From the NCBI GenBank assembly GCA_902541285.1, contig CACBQD010000006.1, forward strand, positions 1-32,000: a stretch of 32,000 bases of DNA, given 5' to 3'. The translations under genes were made by a program, and so were the position numbers. The notes under the pieces were generated by a model. That model searched no databases. It had not been told where the DNA came from and saw only the letters and a program-made list of their open reading frames with translations. Numbering within the stretch: position 1 is the first letter of the stretch; each line of letters opens with the position of its first letter. Shown here piece by piece: positions 16,165-25,895 of this stretch. The stretch is from an uncultured Pelagibacteraceae bacterium (GTDB lineage Bacteria > Pseudomonadota > Alphaproteobacteria > Pelagibacterales > Pelagibacteraceae).

Positions 16165-17142
16165 ATGAATATAATTGTTACAGGTGGTTTGGGTTTCATT
16201 GGCTCAACATTTATTAAAAAAGCAATTAAGAATAAAAATATTAATATATTTAATATTGATAAAAAAACTTATGCTTCATTTGATCACAATAAAAAATTAA
16301 TAAAAATTTCCTCGTATAAATTTTACAAAATAGATATATCAAATTATTTAAAATTAAAAAATATAATAAGTAAAATTAAACCTGATTATATTATTAATTT
16401 TGCTGCAGAAACACATGTAGATAGATCAATTGTGGATCCATCAGTTTTTATTAAATCAAATATTATTGGTACATTTAATATATTGAAATCTATTAAAAAT
16501 TTAAATTTGATAAAAAAAACTAAATTCGTTCAAATTTCAACAGATGAAGTATTTGGTTCAACTAAATCAAAAAAAACTTTTAACGAAAATTCAAAATACA
16601 CTCCAAATTCACCATATTCAGCATCTAAAGCTTCGGCAGATCATTTGGTAAGAAGTTTTAATAAAACTTATAATTTAAAAACTATTATTGTTCACCCTTC
16701 AAATAATTTTGGTCCATTTCAATATTTAGAAAAACTTATACCTGTAATAGTTACGTGCTGTATAAATAAAAAGAGAATTCCTATTTATGGTAGGGGAAAG
16801 CAAGTAAGAGATTGGTTATTTGTTGAAGATACGGCTGATGCAATATATAAAATTATACAAAACGGAAAAGTTGGCGAAAATTACAATATAACTACGCGAA
16901 ATCTACTGCCAAATATAAAGCTTGTGAAAATGATATGCACAATTTATGATAAAATCACAAACAGTAATCAAAATAGTTTCAAATTAGTCAAGTTTGTTAA
17001 AGATAGACCGGGTCATGACTTTAAGTATAATATTTCAAATAAAAAAATTATCGACCAACTTGGCTGGAAATTCAAAAAAAATTTTAAACAAAAATTAAAA
17101 ATAACAGTTAATTGGTACATACAAAATTATAAAAAAAAATAA
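16165..17142 (+). CDS. rfbB: dTDP-glucose 4,6-dehydratase
   Basis: 325 aa with NIIVTGGLGFIGSTF, FAAETHVDRSI, STDEVFGS and YSASKASADHLVRSF. Confidence 0.85.
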   Translation: MNIIVTGGLGFIGSTFIKKAIKNKNINIFNIDKKTYASFDHNKKLIKISSYKFYKIDISNYLKLKNIISKIKPDYIINFAAETHVDRSIVDPSVFIKSNIIGTFNILKSIKNLNLIKKTKFVQISTDEVFGSTKSKKTFNENSKYTPNSPYSASKASADHLVRSFNKTYNLKTIIVHPSNNFGPFQYLEKLIPVIVTCCINKKRIPIYGRGKQVRDWLFVEDTADAIYKIIQNGKVGENYNITTRNLLPNIKLVKMICTIYDKITNSNQNSFKLVKFVKDRPGHDFKYNISNKKIIDQLGWKFKKNFKQKLKITVNWYIQNYKKK

Positions 17143-18020
17143 TGAAAGGTATATTGTTAGCTGGTGGAGAAGGATCAAGATTTAGACCAATTACAAATTC
17201 TATATCTAAGCATTTTCTACCCATTTTTGATAAGCCTGTAATTTATTATTCTTTATCTCTACTATTTTTAGCAAAAATAAAAGACATTTTGATTATATGT
17301 AAAGAAAATGATTTAAAAAATTTTAAAAAAATTCTAGGTAATGGAGAAAATTTTGGTATCAAGATAAGTTACAGTATTCAAAAACATCCAAATGGAATCC
17401 CAGAAGCATTTAAAATTGGAAAAGAGTTTATTGGAAAAGAAAATGTGTGTCTCACTTTAGGTGACAATTTTTTTTATGGACAAAGTTTAGCTAAAACTAT
17501 TTTAAAAGCAAAAAATACAAAATCAGGAGCAAGAATACTAGCAATTCAAGTAAACAATCCTAAAGACTTTGGCGTTATAAACTTTAGAAAAAATAAAATT
17601 ATTTCTATTGATGAAAAACCAAAAAAACCAAAGTCAAATTTTATTATTCCAGGTATGTATTTTTACGAAAACAGTGTTGTAGATTATGTAAAAAAATTAA
17701 AACCTTCGAAAAGAAATGAATTAGAAATCAGTGATATTAACAAGATTTATTTAAAAAAAAAAAAATTAAAAGCCTTTAAAATGGGAAGAGGTATTGCATG
17801 GCTTGATACAGGAACCCCTGAAAGTTTAATATCAGCAAGTAATTTCGTTTACTCAGTTGAAAAGCTACAAGGTTTTAAGATCGCATGTTTAGAAGAAATA
17901 GCTCTTAATAATAAATGGATATCAAAAAATTTTTTAATTAAAATTTTAAAAAAACAAAAAATTAATACAAGTTATTACAATTATATAAAGAAAATAATTA
18001 ATAAAAATAATCAAAAATAG
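17142..18020 (+). CDS. rfbA: Glucose-1-phosphate thymidylyltransferase
   Basis: 292 aa. MKGILLAGGEGSRFRPITNSISKHFLPIFDKPVIYYSLSLL is collinear with RmlA. It overlaps rfbB by 1 nt (TAATG). Confidence 0.85.
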   Translation: MKGILLAGGEGSRFRPITNSISKHFLPIFDKPVIYYSLSLLFLAKIKDILIICKENDLKNFKKILGNGENFGIKISYSIQKHPNGIPEAFKIGKEFIGKENVCLTLGDNFFYGQSLAKTILKAKNTKSGARILAIQVNNPKDFGVINFRKNKIISIDEKPKKPKSNFIIPGMYFYENSVVDYVKKLKPSKRNELEISDINKIYLKKKKLKAFKMGRGIAWLDTGTPESLISASNFVYSVEKLQGFKIACLEEIALNNKWISKNFLIKILKKQKINTSYYNYIKKIINKNNQK

Positions 18021-19738
18021 TGTTTGAAAATTTAAAAAAAATTAATTTTATTTTAAAAAAAAAACAAAAAGTTAGACTTTTTCTCATTTCATTTGGTGGA
18101 ATTATTTCGTCTTTTTTTGAGGTAATTGGTATAGGTTCGGTAGGACCTATTATTTTAGGAATTTTAAGTCCAAATAACTTAGAAAATTATCTTTATAAAT
18201 TTGGATTTGAAAATTTAATTTCTTCCTATGATTTAAATATTATTATTATTTTTTTTTTTATATTGTTTGTTTTAGCATTCACTTTTAGATCGGTATTCTC
18301 TTATTTTATTGCGAGTAAAATTATTAAAGAAGGTACAGAAATTCAAAAACATTTAAGATTAAGATTTATAAAAAAATTTAATTCACTTACTTTAGAAAAA
18401 ATCTCTGAAATTAAATCATCGGAGGTTTTCCATCAAATAGGACATGTGACAAGAATTTTCGCACAAAATACTGTTGTAAAAATATTTACTTTAATTTCAG
18501 ACTCATTAATTTTTATAACAATTATTTTTTTAATGTTTATTACAAGTGTAAAGTTATTCTCTTTAATAATTTTGATTTTATTGGGTAGTTATTTTTTCTA
18601 TTTTATTTTTGTTAGAAGAAAAATAGAAATTTTTGGAAGTAATTTTGGTGAAGCTGATGAAAAGTTCGTTGAATTAACTAAGCAAATGATAAATGGTTTT
18701 AAAACTTTAAAAATTTTGCAACAACAAAATAAATTCCTAAGTTATTTCGAGGAAAATAATCAAAAATCTGGAAAATCAGAGTATAATTATGAGTCTATTC
18801 TTTTATTACCAAAAGTTATTTTAGAAATAAGTTTTATTATCATAATTGCCTCAATTTTTATTTTCTCAATTATTCTAGACGGATCCATTAATCCTAATAG
18901 TGTCACATTATTAGGTGTTTTTGGTATAGCATCAGCTAGATCTATACCATTAATTTACAATATATTTAATTCAATTGGAAATATTCTTGGCTCAACATAC
19001 AGTATAAACAAAATTTACGAACAAATTAAAATTGGAGATGAGTTTTTTGACACTCAATCAAATTTTGATGGAGAAGATATTTATTTTGAAAATTTGAACT
19101 TTGTTGATGTAAATTTCAATTTTAAAAATGGAAAAAAAGTTTTTGAAAATTTTAATATTAAAATAAAAAAAAATGAATTTGTTGCAATTGTTGGTCCTTC
19201 TGGAGTTGGTAAAACCACTTTGATTGATTTATTTTGCGGATTAATAAAACCAAAAACTGGCCAAATATTAATTGGTGATAAAATTAATATTCATAAAAAT
19301 TTATATCAATGGCAAAAGAAAATATCTTATATCCCTCAACAAAATTTTATATTTAAAGGTTCTATTCTAGAAAACATTACATTTAATAAAGAATTAAAAG
19401 ACACAGATGAAAGTAAGCTTAAAATAATATTAGAACAGGTTAAACTTGATAAATTTATCCAACAAAATAATTTAAATTATGATTACATAATTAGTGAAGA
19501 TGGGAAAAATTTATCTGGTGGTCAAGCTCAGAGAATTTCATTAGCAAGATCTTTATATTTTAATAAGGAGATAATAGTGCTAGATGAAAGTCTCAACTCA
19601 TTAAATGTTGAGTTACAAGAAGAAATATTACAAGAATTTTTAAAATTAAAAAAACAAATTACATTAATTCTCATTACTCATAATAAAGATAATTTAAGAT
19701 ACTTTGATCAGATAATTAATTTAGAGGAAATTAATTAA
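18020..19738 (+). CDS. ABC exporter half-transporter (fused TMD-NBD, MsbA/PglK-like)
   Basis: 572 aa. About 6 N-terminal hydrophobic helices are followed by Walker A GPSGVGKTT, the signature LSGGQAQR and Walker B IIVLDES. The GTG start overlaps the rfbA stop (TAGTG). Confidence 0.8.
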   Translation: MFENLKKINFILKKKQKVRLFLISFGGIISSFFEVIGIGSVGPIILGILSPNNLENYLYKFGFENLISSYDLNIIIIFFFILFVLAFTFRSVFSYFIASKIIKEGTEIQKHLRLRFIKKFNSLTLEKISEIKSSEVFHQIGHVTRIFAQNTVVKIFTLISDSLIFITIIFLMFITSVKLFSLIILILLGSYFFYFIFVRRKIEIFGSNFGEADEKFVELTKQMINGFKTLKILQQQNKFLSYFEENNQKSGKSEYNYESILLLPKVILEISFIIIIASIFIFSIILDGSINPNSVTLLGVFGIASARSIPLIYNIFNSIGNILGSTYSINKIYEQIKIGDEFFDTQSNFDGEDIYFENLNFVDVNFNFKNGKKVFENFNIKIKKNEFVAIVGPSGVGKTTLIDLFCGLIKPKTGQILIGDKINIHKNLYQWQKKISYIPQQNFIFKGSILENITFNKELKDTDESKLKIILEQVKLDKFIQQNNLNYDYIISEDGKNLSGGQAQRISLARSLYFNKEIIVLDESLNSLNVELQEEILQEFLKLKKQITLILITHNKDNLRYFDQIINLEEIN

Positions 19739-20636
19739 TAAATTTTTTGTAAATTCTCTTGTAAAATGCAAAATTATATATCTTTTTAAATTGCATCTTA
19801 ATGTCATCATTTTCTGTTAAGATTTTAATTTTTTTGGATAATTTGTAAGAATTAATTCTTTTGTGATTAAATTTGTCTGATTTAAATCTATTATTAGTTG
19901 GCATGTGTTTATAACCCTCTTCATTGACTAGTGTCTTAATTGGAAAAATGCAATATTTTGAGTTGAGAATATGATAAATCGTCCACTTTATAGCCCAAGA
20001 ATTTATTCTACCACTTAATGTGTCTCTCAATATGAATTCTAAATCGTTGCCATAATCCTCTAGCACCTTTAATTTACTTTTATTTTTGTAAATATTTTTA
20101 AATTTTTTATTACTAAAATTAACTTTGTTCCATTTTGAAGACCAAGTTGCCCAACCCCAAGAATTTGGTCTTTTACATAAAAAAATTGATTTATCCTTAT
20201 CTCTTAAACTAAAAATTTTTTTCGGAAAAACGTAACCTGAAATAGAGTATATTTGTTTGTCATTTTCATATTTATCTAAATTTTTTTGTATAAAATTTAT
20301 ATAGTTTTTTGAAACTCTTAAATCGTCTTCTAATAATATAAGTTTTTTATACTTTTTTTTTACATAATTAATCCCTTCAATTATATTTTTACTAAGTCCC
20401 AAATTTCTCTTCCTATATATTATTCTTACCTTTAATTTTTTTTTGAAATTTTTTATTATTTGAAATATTTGATCGTGTATATTTAAATTAATCTTCTCTT
20501 TAGGAATATCAATAAAAAAAAAATAAGAATATTTTTGATAATTATTATTTTTTTTTAAATCATTCAGTAAATTTTGCAGGCTAGTTACTCTATTACAGGC
20601 AAATATACAAATTACTGTATCATTAATATACTTCAT
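19731..20636 (-). CDS. Putative GT-A-fold glycosyltransferase (family uncertain)
   Basis: 301 aa and soluble. The N-terminal VICIFACNRVTSL...FFFIDIP and the acidic LILLEDDLRVS (a DxD-type motif) resemble GT-A enzymes, but I recognise no specific family. Confidence 0.45.
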   Translation of the reverse strand: MKYINDTVICIFACNRVTSLQNLLNDLKKNNNYQKYSYFFFIDIPKEKINLNIHDQIFQIIKNFKKKLKVRIIYRKRNLGLSKNIIEGINYVKKKYKKLILLEDDLRVSKNYINFIQKNLDKYENDKQIYSISGYVFPKKIFSLRDKDKSIFLCKRPNSWGWATWSSKWNKVNFSNKKFKNIYKNKSKLKVLEDYGNDLEFILRDTLSGRINSWAIKWTIYHILNSKYCIFPIKTLVNEEGYKHMPTNNRFKSDKFNHKRINSYKLSKKIKILTENDDIKMQFKKIYNFAFYKRIYKKFIN

Positions 20637-20724
20637 TTGTTTTGTATAAAAAAATAAATATTATATTTTTTGTGTTTAACTTATTAATTAAAATAGTTTA
20701 TTAAACAAATTAAATTTTATTACA
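20637..20724. promoter_or_regulatory. Divergent intergenic region, probable bidirectional promoter
   Basis: An 88-bp non-coding gap between the divergent starts at 20636 (-) and 20725 (+). AT-rich hexamers are too common here for a specific call. Confidence 0.25.
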
Positions 20725-21720
20725 ATGATTAGCAAAAAAAATATCATCAATCTATTCATATTTTTTATTATTTTAATTTTGTTATTTTTTAGAGAATATC
20801 TTTATACTTACAGAATGATGCTTACAAATTTTGTGCCTTACGATTTTTATCAAAATCAAGTTCTTTATTTTGCAACATCGGAAGAAATGTATAAACTAAC
20901 CTTGCCATCTGCAGTAAGATTAATACCTATATTTTTTTATTTTATTATTTATAAAACTTTTCCATGTTTAACTCTTACAAATATTAGCCAGGATCTTACA
21001 CAAGAATATATTTGCGCAACTAATGCAGTTGCAGTTGGCAATTATTTTATATTAGTTTTAATTTTAGTCACTTTTTTTGCTTATCAAACTATAAAGTTAG
21101 GTAAGTCTAAGGCCGAAGGGTACTTGAGTTTAATATTGTGTTATGCAATATTAAAATCCCTAGACCATTTTACAATAGACAGATTTGTAGTTTTATATTT
21201 TATATTTATATTATTTTTTTTAAATAATTTAAAAGTTTCTATACCGCTCATTATGTTATCTTTTTTAGTTAGTGAAAAAATATTTTATATTTTAGGAATT
21301 TTATTTTTTTTAAGAATTTTTACTCAACAAGATCAAAAAAAATATTTAATTCTTTTGGTCTCAGCTGTTATTACAAGTATATTTTATTATTTTTTAATTA
21401 AATTTGGAAAAAATTATTTCCAATTTTATGAATTTAAATTTGATTTTCATCAAATGTTAAAAATTTTTTATGATAAATCTGCTATATCTGGTAGTTTACT
21501 ACCTTTAATTATATCTGTATCTCCATATATATTTTGGAATTCAGATATAGAAAATATTTATAAAAATCAAAGAATAGAATTTTTGGTTCCAATATCTTTA
21601 ATTTTGTTTGGTTTTTTAGGTGGTATAGAAAATACAGCAAGATACATTACTCACAGTTTTCCTATATGGTTGCCAATATTAACCACAAGATTAAATCAAA
21701 TTTTAAATTTAAGGAATTAA
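20725..21720 (+). CDS. Polytopic membrane protein, unknown function (candidate glycan polymerase/transferase)
   Basis: 331-aa ORF of successive hydrophobic helices. It is the first gene of a co-directional block that continues into the UGM-like and heptose genes. Confidence 0.55.
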   Translation: MISKKNIINLFIFFIILILLFFREYLYTYRMMLTNFVPYDFYQNQVLYFATSEEMYKLTLPSAVRLIPIFFYFIIYKTFPCLTLTNISQDLTQEYICATNAVAVGNYFILVLILVTFFAYQTIKLGKSKAEGYLSLILCYAILKSLDHFTIDRFVVLYFIFILFFLNNLKVSIPLIMLSFLVSEKIFYILGILFFLRIFTQQDQKKYLILLVSAVITSIFYYFLIKFGKNYFQFYEFKFDFHQMLKIFYDKSAISGSLLPLIISVSPYIFWNSDIENIYKNQRIEFLVPISLILFGFLGGIENTARYITHSFPIWLPILTTRLNQILNLRN

Positions 21721-21721
21721 A

Positions 21722-23029
21722 ATGAGAATACTAATATTAGGTGGTGGAATAGCTTCAATTTCTTTAGCTAAATTTATCCAACAAAAAAAACAGATAAAAC
21801 AAATTACTATTTTAGAGAAAGAAGAAAAGGTTGGTGGATTACTCAGGTCATATGAAATAAATAAGATTTTTTATGATGTCGGACCACACATTATTTTTTC
21901 AAAAAATAAAAAAATTCTCAAATTAATTTTAAATATTTTGGGAAAAAATAAAAATTCTTTAAAACGTTCAAATAAGATTATTTATGACAAAAATACTTTA
22001 ATAAAATATCCATTTGAAAATGAATTATATAAACTACCAAAAAAAGATTTACAATTTGCATTAAATAAGTTTTTAAAAAATAAGTTTTCTAAAATAGCAC
22101 CAAAAACAATGAAAGATTTTTTTTTAAAAAATTTTGGGGAGGGTATATTTAAATTATATTTAGGACCATACAACAATAAGATATGGAAAATGAATCCATC
22201 AAAACTAGATACACAAATGGTAGAAAGAATACCTAGACCACCCAACGAGGATATAATAAAAAGTGCAAAAGGAATTATAACCGAGGGGTACAAACATCAA
22301 TTATATTTTCATTATCCAAAAAAAGGTGGAATTGAAAGTTTATTTACTGCATTTAAATCAAAATTAAATAGTAAAGTAAAAATACTTACTTCAACAAAGT
22401 TAATGAGTATTAAAACTAAGAATAAAAAATATTTAATAAAAACAAATAAAGGTATATTCAATTATGATAAAATATTTTCAACAATACCTTTAAATGAATT
22501 TTACAAATATTTAGAAAAAAATGATAAAATAAAAAAAATCTCAAGATCTCTTCAGTATAATTCAATTATTATTGCTATGTTTAATATTAAAGGGAATATA
22601 GCAGGAAAAAATTTTGCTTTAATGGTGCCGAATAAAAATATAATTTTTCATAGAATTTCAAAGTTAGATTTTCTTGGTAAAAATTACTCTTTAAAAGGAT
22701 CAACGACTTTCCAAATCGAAATAACTTTTAAAAAAAATAGTAAAATTGGAAAAATGAATAATCAGCAATTATTTAATAGAATCTATGAGGGTTTAAAAAA
22801 ATTAAATTTTGTAAATAAAAAAAAAGATATAAATTTCAAATCTATTAAAAAATTTAAATATGCGTATGTAATATACAATCTAAATCATAGAAAAAATGTC
22901 GATATGCTACTTAATTACTATGAAAAAAAAGGCTTTGATTTTCTTGGAAGATGGGGAAGTTGGGAATATTTAAATTCAGATCAAGTAATCGCACAGGCAT
23001 ATGAGAAAGCTAGAAAATTTTTAATATGA
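21722..23029 (+). CDS. FAD-dependent UDP-galactopyranose-mutase-like flavoenzyme (nucleotide-sugar pyranose/furanose mutase family or related oxidoreductase)
   Basis: 435 aa. It has the dinucleotide fold MRILILGGGIASISLA. ILEKEEKVGGLLRSY...YDVGPHIIFSKN parallels the UGM N-terminus, and the C-terminal GRWGSWEYLNSDQVIAQA parallels the UGM GRLxxYxYxxMDQVI block. Confidence 0.55.
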   Translation: MRILILGGGIASISLAKFIQQKKQIKQITILEKEEKVGGLLRSYEINKIFYDVGPHIIFSKNKKILKLILNILGKNKNSLKRSNKIIYDKNTLIKYPFENELYKLPKKDLQFALNKFLKNKFSKIAPKTMKDFFLKNFGEGIFKLYLGPYNNKIWKMNPSKLDTQMVERIPRPPNEDIIKSAKGIITEGYKHQLYFHYPKKGGIESLFTAFKSKLNSKVKILTSTKLMSIKTKNKKYLIKTNKGIFNYDKIFSTIPLNEFYKYLEKNDKIKKISRSLQYNSIIIAMFNIKGNIAGKNFALMVPNKNIIFHRISKLDFLGKNYSLKGSTTFQIEITFKKNSKIGKMNNQQLFNRIYEGLKKLNFVNKKKDINFKSIKKFKYAYVIYNLNHRKNVDMLLNYYEKKGFDFLGRWGSWEYLNSDQVIAQAYEKARKFLI

Positions 23030-23994
23030 AAAAAAAAACCATATTAGTAACTGGAGTAGCTGGAATGATCGGGTCTGAACTTTTGACAAGATTAATCAAA
23101 AATAATAAAAATTTTATTATTGGTATTGATAATTTTACTCTAGGTAAAAAATCAAATATTAAGGAGTATTTTAAACAAAAAAATTTTATATTTTTTAATA
23201 TTGATCTCAGTAAAAAAATACAAAACAAAAAATTATCAAAATTATTAAAAAAAAAAAAATTAGATGAAATTTGGCATCTAGCTGCTAATTCAGACATTAA
23301 AAGTGGAATTTTAAATTCAGAAATTGATTACAAAAATACTTTTATGACAACTTATTATATTTTAAATTTCATAAAAAAAAATTTGAAATATAAATCAAAA
23401 ATTATTTTTACGTCTTCCTCTGCGGTTTTTGGGGATGTAAAAAAAATGATAAATGAAAATATGCCAGCTTTATATTCATGTAGCAATTATGGTTCAATGA
23501 AACTTGCATCTGAAGCAATGTTATCTTCATTTTCGTATTTAAATAATGTTAAAAGTTTTATTTTTAGATTACCCAATGTTGTGGGAGAGAAACTTACGCA
23601 TGGTGTAATATTCGATTTATCAAATAAAATAAAAAATAAAAAAAGAAAGTATCTTCAAGTTCTTGGAAATGGAAAACAACGCAAACCTTATTCTCATGGA
23701 TCTGAAATAGTTGACTGTATGTTATATGTTAAAAATCATATGCATAAAAGTTTTGTGAATTACTACAACATTGGCAATAATGATAAGGGTGTAGAAGTAA
23801 ATAAAATTGTAGAGTTATTAGTTGAGAAATTTAATTATAAAAAAAAAATAAAATTTGAAAAAAAAAATTCTGGATGGAAAGGTGATGTACCTAAATACAG
23901 CTATTCAACAAAAAAAATTAATCAGCTTGGATATAAGTTTTCTTTAAGTTCATTAGATGCTATTAAAAAAACCATCTCTGAATTAGAAAAATAA
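23026..23994 (+). CDS. NAD(P)-dependent nucleotide-sugar epimerase/dehydratase (extended SDR)
   Basis: 322 aa with ILVTGVAGMIGSEL and YGSMKLASE (YxxxK). It shows ATGA coupling upstream and a 1-nt overlap downstream. Confidence 0.65.
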   Translation: MKKKTILVTGVAGMIGSELLTRLIKNNKNFIIGIDNFTLGKKSNIKEYFKQKNFIFFNIDLSKKIQNKKLSKLLKKKKLDEIWHLAANSDIKSGILNSEIDYKNTFMTTYYILNFIKKNLKYKSKIIFTSSSAVFGDVKKMINENMPALYSCSNYGSMKLASEAMLSSFSYLNNVKSFIFRLPNVVGEKLTHGVIFDLSNKIKNKKRKYLQVLGNGKQRKPYSHGSEIVDCMLYVKNHMHKSFVNYYNIGNNDKGVEVNKIVELLVEKFNYKKKIKFEKKNSGWKGDVPKYSYSTKKINQLGYKFSLSSLDAIKKTISELEK

Positions 23995-25259
23995 TGGATG
24001 TTCTGATTTTAGCAGGAGGAGATGGAAAAAGAATAAAATCATTATCTAAAAACAAACAAAAATCTTTATTAAAAATTAATAATAAAACATTATTAAAACA
24101 TCAAATAACAAAGATATCTAAAATTAATAAAAAAATTTTTTTATCTATTAAAGAAAATGATAAGAACATCTTTAATGAATTAAAATCAATTAAAAAAAAT
24201 AAGTTTATATTTATTAAAGAAAGTAAAAAGCTGGGTACAGCTGGTTGTTTAAAAGCTCTCAAAAACTATAAAATAAAAGATATTTTAGTAATATACAGTG
24301 ATATATTATTTAATATCGATCTAAAAAAATTTATTAAATTTCATAATTTTAAAAAGAGTGATCTTACATTATTTACCCATCCAAATAATCATCCTCATGA
24401 TAGTGATATAGTTGAAGTAAATGCAAATTCCCGAGTAACTAATTTTCATAACAAATATTCTAAAAAAAAATACGTTGGAAATTTATGTTTATCTGGAATC
24501 TACATTATTAAAAAAAAATTATTGCGCTATTTAGGTAAAAAAGATTATCAAGATTTTAGTAAAAATTTTTTACCAAAAATTTTAAAAAAAAAAAATATAA
24601 AAATCTTTAGTTATAAGAGCAGAGAATATGCAAAAGATATTGGTACTCCATATAGATACAAAACTGCTATTAAAGAATTTAATACAGATAAATTTAAAAA
24701 AGGAAACTTAAATTCTAAAATTCCTGCTGTATTTTTAGATAAAGATGGAGTTATAAATCCTGATAAATATAATTATAAATATCAAAGTCCTCATAAATTT
24801 ATAAATGGTACATTTGAAGCAATTAAAAAAATTAATGATAAAGGTTTTTTAGCAGTTTTAATAACAAATCAGCCAGCAGTCGCAAAGGGTTTTATCTCAA
24901 TAAATAAACTCATGAAAGATTTTAAAAAACTTGAGAGCTTACTTGGTTATAAGGGATCTTATTTAGATATGATCTATTATTGTCCATGTCATCCTGAAAA
25001 AGGTCATAAAGGCGAGATAAAAAAATTTAAAAGAACTTGTTCATGGCGAAAACCTAATAATGGAATGTTATTAAGGGCTATTAGTGATTTAAATATAAAT
25101 AAAAAAAAATCTTTTATGATAGGTGATACAGTAAATGATTTAATAGCTGCAAAAAAAACAAAAATTAAATTTATACAAGTTGGAGAAAAAATAAAATTAA
25201 ATAATATTATTAAATACAAAAATTTAAAAGACGCAATTGATAGTATTTTTAAAAATTAA
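23994..25259 (+). CDS. Bifunctional D-glycero-alpha-D-manno-heptose-1-phosphate nucleotidyl(guanylyl)transferase / D,D-heptose-1,7-bisphosphate phosphatase (HddC-GmhB fusion)
   Basis: 421 aa. The N-terminus has VLILAGGDGKRIKSLS...GTAGCL (sugar-1-P nucleotidyltransferase). The C-terminus has HAD-IIIA motifs FLDKDGVIN, LITNQPAVAKG, the Zn loop YYCPCHPE...CSWRKPNNGML and GDTVNDLIAA, which are typical of GmhB. Confidence 0.75.
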   Translation: MDVLILAGGDGKRIKSLSKNKQKSLLKINNKTLLKHQITKISKINKKIFLSIKENDKNIFNELKSIKKNKFIFIKESKKLGTAGCLKALKNYKIKDILVIYSDILFNIDLKKFIKFHNFKKSDLTLFTHPNNHPHDSDIVEVNANSRVTNFHNKYSKKKYVGNLCLSGIYIIKKKLLRYLGKKDYQDFSKNFLPKILKKKNIKIFSYKSREYAKDIGTPYRYKTAIKEFNTDKFKKGNLNSKIPAVFLDKDGVINPDKYNYKYQSPHKFINGTFEAIKKINDKGFLAVLITNQPAVAKGFISINKLMKDFKKLESLLGYKGSYLDMIYYCPCHPEKGHKGEIKKFKRTCSWRKPNNGMLLRAISDLNINKKKSFMIGDTVNDLIAAKKTKIKFIQVGEKIKLNNIIKYKNLKDAIDSIFKN

Positions 25260-25890
25260 TTTTATTTATTTTATTTTCATCAATTGCATTCAATTTTAGA
25301 TATTGTGATATGATATTTATCAAAGATTGATGATTAGCCTCTACAATGCCATAATTAGATGAATTGATGTGTAAATTAATCTTAGATATTTTTTTCGCTA
25401 TTCCTCCATCAAATCCTGTAAAGGATATTGTGGTCATTTCATTTTTATTTGCCCATTTTAATGCTTGAACAATATTTTGAGAGTTTCCAGATGAACTAAT
25501 TACTAATAAAATATCTTTCTTGCTTGCCATTTGTTTCAATTGCTCAGAAAAAACAGATTTATAATTCACATCATTAGAAATAGCTGTTCCGAGTGCAGAA
25601 TTAGATACTAGGCTTATAATACATGGCTTAAATTTTTTTGTTTCAAATAATATTTTTTGATGATCGCAAGCAAAATGTTCTGATAAAGCAGCTGACCCCC
25701 CATTTCCACATACAAATAATTTATTTTTTTCTTCAGTATAAGTTTTATTTAATAATTTTATTATTTTTTTTAAATTTATATAATTAATTGAAGAAAGACT
25801 AGAATTTAAACTAGTAAAATAATCTAAAAAAAAATCTTCCACATTTTTATATTTTTTCTTTGGAAATTTCATGATACTGATATTTAACAT
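25249..25890 (-). CDS. gmhA: Phosphoheptose (sedoheptulose-7-phosphate) isomerase
   Basis: 213 aa with a SIS domain: LFVCGNGGSAALSEHFACD and VISSSGNSQNIV. An alternative start at Met7 (25872) is possible. Its 3' end overlaps the convergent upstream gene by 11 bp. Confidence 0.8.
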   Translation of the reverse strand: MLNISIMKFPKKKYKNVEDFFLDYFTSLNSSLSSINYINLKKIIKLLNKTYTEEKNKLFVCGNGGSAALSEHFACDHQKILFETKKFKPCIISLVSNSALGTAISNDVNYKSVFSEQLKQMASKKDILLVISSSGNSQNIVQALKWANKNEMTTISFTGFDGGIAKKISKINLHINSSNYGIVEANHQSLINIISQYLKLNAIDENKINKINF

Positions 25891-25895
25891 TTATT

